Source of the DNA: an uncultured Streptococcus sp.
GTDB lineage: Bacteria; Bacillota; Bacilli; Lactobacillales; Aerococcaceae
Assembly: GCA_963552295.1 (NCBI GenBank)
Contig: CAUVJW010000001.1
Span: 1-52,200, forward strand
Reading direction: 5' to 3'
Length of the DNA stretch: 52,200 nucleotides
The translations under genes and the position numbers were made by a program. The notes beneath the pieces are model-generated. The model was not told the DNA's origin, did not search any database, and saw only the letters and a list, made by a program, of their open reading frames with translations. Shown here one piece after another: positions 42,823 through 52,200 of the stretch; the first letter of the stretch is position 1, and every line of letters starts with the position of its first letter.

Positions 42823-43382
42823 TGCGCATCTCAAAAAGAGTTTACTGGGTGTTATTTGTTTATATTCTTGCTTTCTTAGCCGATGGAGTGTTAACGAATC
42901 ATTTTTCAAAATTATTCCTCTTCTCAGGCTATAGCTTAACACCTCGAATGATTATTATCGCTGTCGTGATGTTAAACTTTATGATTGACCAAAAATCGAT
43001 GTTCTGGTTTACAGTCGTTGCAGGATTCTTAGTGGACAGTTACTACTCGGGCGTCCTCGGTGTTTACATGGCGCTGTTTGCGGTGATTGTACGAATCATT
43101 AATTTGGTTCGCTCAAACATCCTTCAAAATCCATTTACGTTAGGACTTGCGCTAGTCTTCTTCTTAAGTTTCACCGAAGTCTCTGTTTACTTCGTATATG
43201 CCTTACGAGGAGTAGCGAGCATGAGTTGGAACGAGTTCTTAGTAGTGAGACTCGGGGCAACCTTAATGTTAAACATCGTGATTTACTATATTTTATATCT
43301 CCCGCTTCGCAATTTTGCTAGATGGGTGAACTCAACTCCGGTCGTAAGTCCACACGACTTAATGAACCATCGTAGAGCATAA
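42822..43382 (+). CDS. mreD: Rod shape protein MreD
   Basis: Polytopic membrane protein, G.L.D.YYSGVLG; after mreC. Confidence 0.88.
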   Translation: MRISKRVYWVLFVYILAFLADGVLTNHFSKLFLFSGYSLTPRMIIIAVVMLNFMIDQKSMFWFTVVAGFLVDSYYSGVLGVYMALFAVIVRIINLVRSNILQNPFTLGLALVFFLSFTEVSVYFVYALRGVASMSWNEFLVVRLGATLMLNIVIYYILYLPLRNFARWVNSTPVVSPHDLMNHRRA

Positions 43383-43500
43383 TAGGAGAAAGGTTTGGCT
43401 GTTTGTGGCCAAGCCTTTTTGATTGCACGTTAATAGTACTGACAAAGGCGATAGATATGGTATAATAAAGAGAATTAGTGTCAAGAGAAAGAGGAATTGA

Positions 43501-44142
43501 ATGAAGAAAGCAACATTTTTAAAAGCAAGTCTAATCTCGAAAGGGATCATTGCGACCTGTGCGATTGTCGGTTTTCTAATGCAGATGACGCTTCACGGCT
43601 GGCATGGACTTCGTTACTACACGAATCAATCGAATCTACTCGTTGGATTGTTTATGGTGTACTTGCTATTGAAATACCGCAAAGACGGCCATTGGAGTAA
43701 GATGGACCTTCGATTGAAGGGTGGCGTTACGGTTGCGATTCTTCTAACGGGGCTGGTATATCACTTTATGTTAGCACCACAAAAGACAGCCGAAGAGTTC
43801 TGGACGATTGAGAATTTCCTATCGCACTATATTGTGCCGTTTGGAACCTTGCTCGATTGCATCGTCTTTGATAAAGGACATTGCTACAAGTGGTATGATC
43901 CATTTACGTGGACGCTATTGCCGCTGGTCTATGCGATTGTATCTGTGGCGATTGCACTCATCACACGTATTCCGATTGGAAATAACAAAGATGGCCCATT
44001 CCCATATTTCTTCTTGAATGTGGATAAATATGGATTTGTCGGTGTCTTGCAATATTGCTTAGGATTAGCCGTAGCCTTTTTAATCGGCTCGTATATTCTT
44101 TTCGTATTTAAAAATGGATTCAAAACAAAGGAACGTTTATAA
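43501..44142 (+). CDS. Pr6Pr/FAR-17a-like membrane protein
   Basis: YYTNQSN, HYIVP, PYFFLN motifs, six TM segments. Confidence 0.7.
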   Translation: MKKATFLKASLISKGIIATCAIVGFLMQMTLHGWHGLRYYTNQSNLLVGLFMVYLLLKYRKDGHWSKMDLRLKGGVTVAILLTGLVYHFMLAPQKTAEEFWTIENFLSHYIVPFGTLLDCIVFDKGHCYKWYDPFTWTLLPLVYAIVSVAIALITRIPIGNNKDGPFPYFFLNVDKYGFVGVLQYCLGLAVAFLIGSYILFVFKNGFKTKERL

Positions 44143-44156
44143 GAGAGGAGTCTTTC

Positions 44157-45236
44157 ATGGTTCGAGATATTGGAATCGACTTAGGAACAGCGAATATTTT
44201 AGTGTTCTTAAAAGATCGTGGAATTATTTTAAATGAACCGTCACTCGTTGCGCTAGATGAGCGTAATGGCGACGTGATTGCAGTCGGTGAACGTGCGTAT
44301 CAAATGGTGGGCCGTACACCTAAAGAAATCAATGTGCACCATCCATTAAAAGGTGGGGTAATTGCGGATATCGCGGTTACTGAGCAATTGCTTGAATTGT
44401 TCATGCAAAAATTAAACTTAAATAGTTGGTTCTCTAAACCAGATATTTTGATTTGCACACCAACAAATATTACGACAGTCGAGCAAAAAGCGATTATCCA
44501 AGCAGCGATTAAATGCGGTGGACGTAATATTTACTTAGAGGAAGAACCAAAAGTGGCCGCAGTCGGCGTTGGACTCGATATCTTCTCTCCAATTGGAAAC
44601 ATGGTCATCGATATCGGTGGCGGAACAAGTGATATTGCCGTTCTTTCAATGGGCTCAACGGTCACAAGCCGTTCGATTAAATTGGCTGGCGACAATATGG
44701 ACTTTGCTATTTCGGAATATATTAAAGACAAATATCAACTCATTATCGGAGACCGTACCGCTGAAGCCATCAAGATGAATCTCGGTAGTGCGATTGAAGT
44801 GGAAAACGAGTCGGATATGATTGTTAAAGGTCGCGATATGACGACTGGTTTGCCGAAGACGGTAACGATTTATACAAATGAAATTTATCATTGCTTAAAA
44901 GAAATGCTCGATACGATTGGCGAAGAAGCTAGACTCGTACTCGAAGCAACTCCACCAGAACTCGCAGGCGATATTATCGAACGCGGCGTGATGGTGACAG
45001 GGGGCGGAGCGCTCATCCAAGGAATCGACCGTATGCTTTCAGAGAAGCTACAAGTTCCTGTGATGGTGGCGGAGAACCCGCTTCAAAGTGTTGCGATTGG
45101 AACAGGAATCTTATTAAACCGCATTAAAGCAGATCGTGGTATTTTCTCAGGACTCAGAAGACTTTTCAGTTCTAAGAAAGTCGTAATGAACCCAACTGCG
45201 AATATGATTGATGATGAAAGGAAAGAAGAAGCATGA
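44157..45236 (+). CDS. Second MreB-family protein (Mbl-like)
   Basis: [29 protein letters not shown]-terminal extension. Confidence 0.88.
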   Translation: MVRDIGIDLGTANILVFLKDRGIILNEPSLVALDERNGDVIAVGERAYQMVGRTPKEINVHHPLKGGVIADIAVTEQLLELFMQKLNLNSWFSKPDILICTPTNITTVEQKAIIQAAIKCGGRNIYLEEEPKVAAVGVGLDIFSPIGNMVIDIGGGTSDIAVLSMGSTVTSRSIKLAGDNMDFAISEYIKDKYQLIIGDRTAEAIKMNLGSAIEVENESDMIVKGRDMTTGLPKTVTIYTNEIYHCLKEMLDTIGEEARLVLEATPPELAGDIIERGVMVTGGGALIQGIDRMLSEKLQVPVMVAENPLQSVAIGTGILLNRIKADRGIFSGLRRLFSSKKVVMNPTANMIDDERKEEA

Positions 45237-45427
45237 AGCAAGAATTGAAAAATAGTGGTCACTTATTATTGACGGCGCTACTCCGTGTCTTAATCTTCGT
45301 GATTATTGCAGTCATCTTATTTGCACTTGGCTTAATGGTTGGCTATGCCGTTCTTGGTGAAGGTCACAACCCATTTGATATTTTCTCAAAAGAAGTATGG
45401 GACAAGATTTTCAACTTTATTAACTAA
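45233..45427 (+). CDS. EpuA-like small membrane protein
   Basis: GLMVGYAVLG.G..P.DIF...W..I pattern; ATGA overlap. Confidence 0.65.
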   Translation: MKQELKNSGHLLLTALLRVLIFVIIAVILFALGLMVGYAVLGEGHNPFDIFSKEVWDKIFNFIN

Positions 45428-45438
45428 CAAGCAGATAG

Positions 45439-45455
45439 ATTGACCTTTGTTGACT
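45439..45455 (-). promoter_or_regulatory. CtsR box overlapping clpP -35
   Basis: Minus strand AGTCAAC-aaa-GGTCAAT heptad repeat; promoter TTGACC-17-TAGACT. Confidence 0.7.
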
Positions 45456-45497
45456 ATTGAAGTAGACTAAAACAAAATAAAATTTGGAGGAAGACTT

Positions 45498-46091
45498 ATG
45501 AATTTAATTCCAACAGTTATCGAGCAATCTTCTCGAGGAGAACGTGCTTATGATATTTACTCACGTTTATTAAAAGACCGTATTATTATGGTGAGCGGAC
45601 CAGTTCACGACGATATGGCCAATGCGATTATCGCGCAATTACTATTCTTAGATGCACAAGATCCTGAGAAAGATATTTACATGTATATTAACTCTCCCGG
45701 AGGAAGTGTAACAGCAGGTTTAGCCATCTACGATACAATGAACTTCATCAAAGCAGACGTTCAAACCATCGCGATGGGACTAGCAGCATCAATGGGTTCA
45801 TTCCTATTAACAGCTGGTGCTAAAGGGAAACGCTATGCATTACCAAACGCTGAAATCTTAATTCACCAACCATTAGGTGGAGCTCAAGGTCAAGCGACAG
45901 AAATTGAAATTGCAGCACGTCAAATCTTGAAAACACGTGAACGCTTAAATAAAATCTTGGCGAAACAAACAGGACAAAAATTATCACGTATCGAAAAAGA
46001 TACAGACCGTGATAACTACATGACAGCACAAGAAGCATTAGAATATGGCTTAATTGATGCGATCATGGAAAGCTCAAAAGAAATGAAATAA
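45498..46091 (+). CDS. clpP: ATP-dependent Clp protease proteolytic subunit
   Basis: [32 protein letters not shown]. Confidence 0.98.
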   Translation: MNLIPTVIEQSSRGERAYDIYSRLLKDRIIMVSGPVHDDMANAIIAQLLFLDAQDPEKDIYMYINSPGGSVTAGLAIYDTMNFIKADVQTIAMGLAASMGSFLLTAGAKGKRYALPNAEILIHQPLGGAQGQATEIEIAARQILKTRERLNKILAKQTGQKLSRIEKDTDRDNYMTAQEALEYGLIDAIMESSKEMK

Positions 46092-46282
46092 CAGTGTGAA
46101 AACTGAAGAATACCTTCTGAAACAAATCGTTTTGGAGGTATTCTTTTTTTATTGTTTTGATTTCTGAAGATTTAACATTTAAAATATTGTTTTTATGTGA
46201 AATTTTTCATTTATTGTTTATTAATGTTTGTGAAAACGTTATAATAGTAATTGTAATAATAAAAATAAAAAGTGAAAGGTGA

Positions 46283-48046
<1,764 letters not shown>

Positions 48047-48183
48047 GCTAGTAATGGATCGTGCAGTAGAACTTTTCCAGTTCGCTGCACGATTTTTTTT
48101 TCGCCGTATATCTTCCTTTTTAGTCGTGAAAGCGGTACAATAGACACATACGACTTTGTTAGAAGGTAAAAGGGGAAAAGGTT

Positions 48184-49302
48184 ATGACAACAGAAGGAAA
48201 TCCATTAAATAATGCTCGTGTAGCATATGAATATTACGAATTACCAGGGGAATTGGTAGATATTCAACCTTTAGGAAATGGATTAATTAATAAAACCTAT
48301 CAAATTACACATACACATGAAAATGAAGAAAAACAATATGTATTACAAGCGATTAATCATAAAATTTTTCCAAATGTACGTGGATTAATGGAAAATATCG
48401 AGAAGGTAACGACTTATCTTCGTGAGAAATACGAAGCAGAAGGGCGCGATGCTGCTCGTGAAACGCTTCGTGTCATCCGTACAAAAGATGGCCATTTAAC
48501 AGCCAACTTGGATAACGGAACCTACTGGCGTATTTATGATTCAGTGAAAAATAGCTATTCATTAGATAAAGTAGAAAGTCCAGAGCAATTTTACATCACA
48601 GCGAAAGCATTTGGTCGTTTTGCCTATGACTTAAACGACTTCGATGCAAGCCAATTGGTCGAAGTGATTCCGCAATTCCACGATACACGTAATCGTTACA
48701 GACAGTTGGAAGAAGCGATTAGAGAAGATCGCGTTGGCCGTGTGAAAGAGGTGCAAGAAGAGATTGCATTTATCCAAAATCGTAAAGCGGACTGCTTCTT
48801 ATTATATGATTTACTGGATGAAGGCGTATTGCCGCTTCGTGTAACGCACAATGATACAAAATTAAACAACATTATGTTCGACAGTGAAACGAAAGAACCG
48901 CTTTGCATTGTGGACCTTGATACAGTGATGCCAGGCTTAGTGTTATTTGATTTTGGGGATTCGATTCGATTTGGTGCAAACGACTGCGCCGAGGACGAAC
49001 CTGATTTATCAAAAGTGAACTTTGATTTCGACTTATACGAAACTTACGTGAAAGGCTTTATCGAAGGAACAAACGGCATCTTGACGGAAGCCGAACTCAA
49101 ATACTTACCTTGGGGTGCGCGTGTCATCACGCTAGAACAAGGCATTCGTTTCTTGACGGACTATATCAATGGGGACGTTTATTACGCAACGACTCGTCCA
49201 GGACAAAACTTGGACCGTGCACGTACGCAATTGAAATTGGTACAAGATATGGAAAACGTGTGGGATAAGATGGTCGAAGCTGTTAAAAACGCACAAAAAT
49301 AA
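48184..49302 (+). CDS. APH/choline-kinase-fold phosphotransferase (N-acetylhexosamine kinase-like)
   Basis: GNGLINKT, HNDTKLNN, DLDT, DFGD. Confidence 0.75.
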   Translation: MTTEGNPLNNARVAYEYYELPGELVDIQPLGNGLINKTYQITHTHENEEKQYVLQAINHKIFPNVRGLMENIEKVTTYLREKYEAEGRDAARETLRVIRTKDGHLTANLDNGTYWRIYDSVKNSYSLDKVESPEQFYITAKAFGRFAYDLNDFDASQLVEVIPQFHDTRNRYRQLEEAIREDRVGRVKEVQEEIAFIQNRKADCFLLYDLLDEGVLPLRVTHNDTKLNNIMFDSETKEPLCIVDLDTVMPGLVLFDFGDSIRFGANDCAEDEPDLSKVNFDFDLYETYVKGFIEGTNGILTEAELKYLPWGARVITLEQGIRFLTDYINGDVYYATTRPGQNLDRARTQLKLVQDMENVWDKMVEAVKNAQK

Positions 49303-49352
49303 GAAATTCAGACTCTCTGACAGATTTGTCAGAGAGTTTTTTGTAGTTCTGA

Positions 49353-49401
49353 ACACTATATATTGTAAATTATAACGATTCTAAAACACAATATATTGTG
49401 T
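49353..49401. promoter_or_regulatory. Tandem NrdR boxes
   Basis: ACACTATATATTGTAA (49353) and ACACAATATATTGTGT (49386) upstream of nrdD. Confidence 0.85.
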
Positions 49402-49462
49402 TTTAGGGGTTGATTTTTATTTTTTGAGTGCTAAAATAAGGACTAGAGTTTAAGGAGGAATC

Positions 49463-51664
49463 GTGATGAGTGTAGAGACATTAACAGCGTTATCGGTCAC
49501 GAAGAGGGATGGCCGACAAGTCGAATTTCAAAAGGAAAAAATTCAACGTGCGATTGAAAAAGCGGAAATCGGATTGAATGGTACATTAAGCGATGAGCGG
49601 ATGGTAGTGCTTGGTTGCATCGTAGAGGATGTCCTCGCGGAGATTTCAAGACGCTTTAACGATACGATTGAGATTTATGAAATTCAAAATATCATTGAAC
49701 ATTTTCTGATTGAAGATGGGGAATCAGAGCTTGCACAAGAGTATATCTCCTACCGTGTAGACCGTGATTTACGCCGTAAGAATCAGTTGGATTTTCAATG
49801 GGCGCTCTCACGATTAACGAATAAAGAAGCTAGCGTCGTCAACGAGAACGCGAATAAAGATAGTAAAGTTTTTAATACACAGCGCGACTTAACGGCTGGG
49901 ACGGTTGGGAAGATTATCGGTTTGAAGATGCTTCCGCCGCACGTGGCCAATGCGCATTTAAAAGGCGACATCCATTATCACGACTTGGACTATCATCCAT
50001 ATATGCCGCTCACGAACTGTTGCTTAATTGACTTTGAGCATATGCTAGGGCTTGGCTTTAAAATCGGAAATGCAGAAGTGGAGTCTCCTAAATCCATTCA
50101 AACAGCGACTGCCCAAATGGCTCAAATCATCGCGAATGTAGCGAGCAGTCAGTATGGGGGTTGTTCTGCTAACCGTGTGGATGAGTTACTGGCACCTTAT
50201 GCAGCTAAGAATTATGAAAAGCATTTAGCAGATGCAAAAGTCTGGATTGAAGGAGCGGACCGTCAAGAAGCGTACGCGATGAAGAAGACGGAAAAAGATA
50301 TTTATGATGCGATGCAATCCTTAGAATATGAAATCAACACGCTCTATACATCGCAAGGACAAACACCGTTTACCACACTTGGATTTGGACTCGGAACGAA
50401 TCACTTTGAACGTTGTATTCAAAAAGCTATCTTGCAAGTACGCATGGAAGGAATTGGCAAAGAAAAACGGACGGCCATCTTCCCGAAACTCGTCTTCACA
50501 TTGAAACGTGGCGTGAATTTGGAAGCCAATGACCCAAACTACGACGTGAAGCAATTGGCGTTGGAATGTGCGACAAAACGCATGTATCCAGACGTATTAA
50601 GCTATGACCAAATCGTTCGTTTAACAGGAAGCTTCAAGGTACCGATGGGATGCCGTTCATTCTTACAAGGATGGAAAGACGAAAACGGCCAAGAAGTGAA
50701 CGACGGACGGATGAACTTAGGGGTTGTCACGCTCAATATTCCTCGAATTGCCCTTGAAGCGGGCGGATCTCTTCAAAAGTTTTGGGAGATTTTTGAGGAA
50801 AAGCTAGCGATTTGTAAAGACTCACTTGTCTACCGTGTGGAACGTTGTAAGGAAGCCACTCGAGATAATGCGCCGGTCTTATATCATTATGGAGCATTTG
50901 GCCAACGCTTGAAGGAGGACGAAGAAGTCGACGTCTTATTTAGAAACAAACGTGCGACGGTTTCTCTAGGCTATATCGGCCTCTATGAAGCAGCAACGGC
51001 CTTCTTTGGACCTGCGTGGGAAACGAATCCTGAAGCCAAAGCGTTCACCTTAGAAATCGTGAAATCGTTGAAGGCTCATACGGATGCATGGGGCGACGAG
51101 TATGGCTATCATTTCAGCGTTTATGCGACTCCAAGTGAAAGCTTGACAGACCGTTTCTGTAAGCTCGATATTGAAAAATTCGGTCTCGTGCCAGACATTA
51201 CCGAGAAGGAATACTACACGAATAGTTTCCATTATGATGTGCGCAAAAATCCAACGCCATTTGAAAAGATTGAGTTCGAGAAAGATTATCCAGTGTATTC
51301 TTCAGGGGGATTTATCCATTACTGCGAATACCCAGTGCTTCGTCAAAATCCAAAGGCGCTGGAAGCTGTGTGGGATTTTGCCTATGACAAAGTTGGATAC
51401 CTTGGAACGAACACACCAATCGACCACTGCTATAAGTGCGGATTTGACGGTGAATTTACTCCAACGGCTAAAGGATTCGAATGTCCACAATGTAAGAACC
51501 ATGATCCGCAAACGTGTGATGTGGTGAAACGAACTTGTGGTTACCTTGGAAATCCGCAAGCACGTCCGATGGTGCATGGTCGTCACGTGGAAATTTCTTC
51601 GCGTGTGAAACATATGCCAAAACTCAAGGAACGCTATGCGCTTGGGGTGACAGAGGATGAATAA
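49463..51664 (+). CDS. nrdD: Anaerobic (class III) ribonucleotide reductase
   Basis: ATP cone VTKRDG, TNCC, MGCRS, C-x2-C zinc site, KRTCGYLG glycyl radical motif. Confidence 0.97.
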   Translation: MMSVETLTALSVTKRDGRQVEFQKEKIQRAIEKAEIGLNGTLSDERMVVLGCIVEDVLAEISRRFNDTIEIYEIQNIIEHFLIEDGESELAQEYISYRVDRDLRRKNQLDFQWALSRLTNKEASVVNENANKDSKVFNTQRDLTAGTVGKIIGLKMLPPHVANAHLKGDIHYHDLDYHPYMPLTNCCLIDFEHMLGLGFKIGNAEVESPKSIQTATAQMAQIIANVASSQYGGCSANRVDELLAPYAAKNYEKHLADAKVWIEGADRQEAYAMKKTEKDIYDAMQSLEYEINTLYTSQGQTPFTTLGFGLGTNHFERCIQKAILQVRMEGIGKEKRTAIFPKLVFTLKRGVNLEANDPNYDVKQLALECATKRMYPDVLSYDQIVRLTGSFKVPMGCRSFLQGWKDENGQEVNDGRMNLGVVTLNIPRIALEAGGSLQKFWEIFEEKLAICKDSLVYRVERCKEATRDNAPVLYHYGAFGQRLKEDEEVDVLFRNKRATVSLGYIGLYEAATAFFGPAWETNPEAKAFTLEIVKSLKAHTDAWGDEYGYHFSVYATPSESLTDRFCKLDIEKFGLVPDITEKEYYTNSFHYDVRKNPTPFEKIEFEKDYPVYSSGGFIHYCEYPVLRQNPKALEAVWDFAYDKVGYLGTNTPIDHCYKCGFDGEFTPTAKGFECPQCKNHDPQTCDVVKRTCGYLGNPQARPMVHGRHVEISSRVKHMPKLKERYALGVTEDE

Positions 51665-52200
51665 CCCGAAGCCAAAAGAATGGACCAGCCAGCAGTATTC
51701 CCAAGGGAAGATTGCAAGCTATAAACCGTATAATTTTGTCGATGGGGAAGGGGTACGCTGCTCGCTGTATGTGAGTGGCTGCCTTTTTGCCTGTGAAGGG
51801 TGTTATAACGTCATCGCGCAAAATTTCAACTACGGCATTCCGTATACGAAGGAACTCGAAGCACAAATCGTTGAAGATGTGGGCGCTTCGTATTGTCAGG
51901 GTTTAACACTCTTAGGAGGTGAGCCGTTTTTAAATACGGGTGTCTGCCTTTCTCTAGTAAAGGCTCTCAGACTAGCATACGGGCACACCAAAGACGTGTG
52001 GTCGTGGACCGGGTATACATGGGAAGAATTGATGCAAGAAACAGAGGATAAGCTCGAATTACTCAGCTTGATTGATATTTTAGTCGACGGACGATTTGAA
52101 CTCGCCAAGAAGGATTTGACCTTGCAGTTTCGAGGTAGTAGCAATCAGCGCATTATCGATGTGCAGGCGTCTCTTGAAGCTGGGAAAGTCATTTTATGGA
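51657..52200 (+). CDS. nrdG: Anaerobic RNR activating enzyme (runs off window end)
   Basis: MNNPKPKEW..NFVDGEGVRCSLYVSGCLFACEGCYN radical SAM CxxxCxxC, GGEPF, DGRF, FRGSSNQR; translated by hand, absent from ORF track. Confidence 0.93.
   Translation, partial: MNNPKPKEWTSQQYSQGKIASYKPYNFVDGEGVRCSLYVSGCLFACEGCYNVIAQNFNYGIPYTKELEAQIVEDVGASYCQGLTLLGGEPFLNTGVCLSLVKALRLAYGHTKDVWSWTGYTWEELMQETEDKLELLSLIDILVDGRFELAKKDLTLQFRGSSNQRIIDVQASLEAGKVILW

Noticed and set aside
49426..49434. GAGTGCTAA half-CIRCE upstream of nrdD
   Set aside because: Left half is missing; the sequence is explained by the extended -10 TGCTAAAAT

Overview
A 52.2 kb, mostly housekeeping chromosomal segment from a low-GC Gram-positive lactic acid bacterium (Lactobacillales). 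The gene set and mreBCD plus a second mreB suggest Carnobacteriaceae/Granulicatella-like, which is inference only. Gene order: rsmD-coaD-ylbL-comEA-comEC-holA, a RelBE-type toxin-antitoxin pair, rpsT, uvrB, asd, a heterodimeric ABC exporter, an ABC-F ATPase, rex, CIRCE-groESL, lemA-htpX, ddl-murF, cshA, lplA, T-box-valS-folC-radC, cspA, mreBCD, a second mreB, clpP, a flavinylated urocanate-reductase-like lipoprotein and NrdR-controlled nrdD-nrdG. I see no transposase, integrase, CRISPR array, rRNA or tRNA. The main unexplained signal is intergenic. Six diverged copies (A-F) of a ~190-280 nt structured element occur in both orientations. Each is a long rod capped by a Y-shaped head with conserved GYGAAWWA, TTTGAR and GAGAC-N3-4-GGCTC motifs and covarying stems. 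Each copy also sits at the centre of a larger degenerate palindrome (up to ~500 bp). On the element's 5' side lies a mutated, deletion-riddled inverted copy of the host DNA on its 3' side (rsmD start, rpsT terminator, asd end, groEL terminator, cshA promoter, mreB promoter region), with the same polarity in all six copies. This points to a possibly undescribed non-autonomous element that makes polar fold-back (inverted) duplications of its target site.
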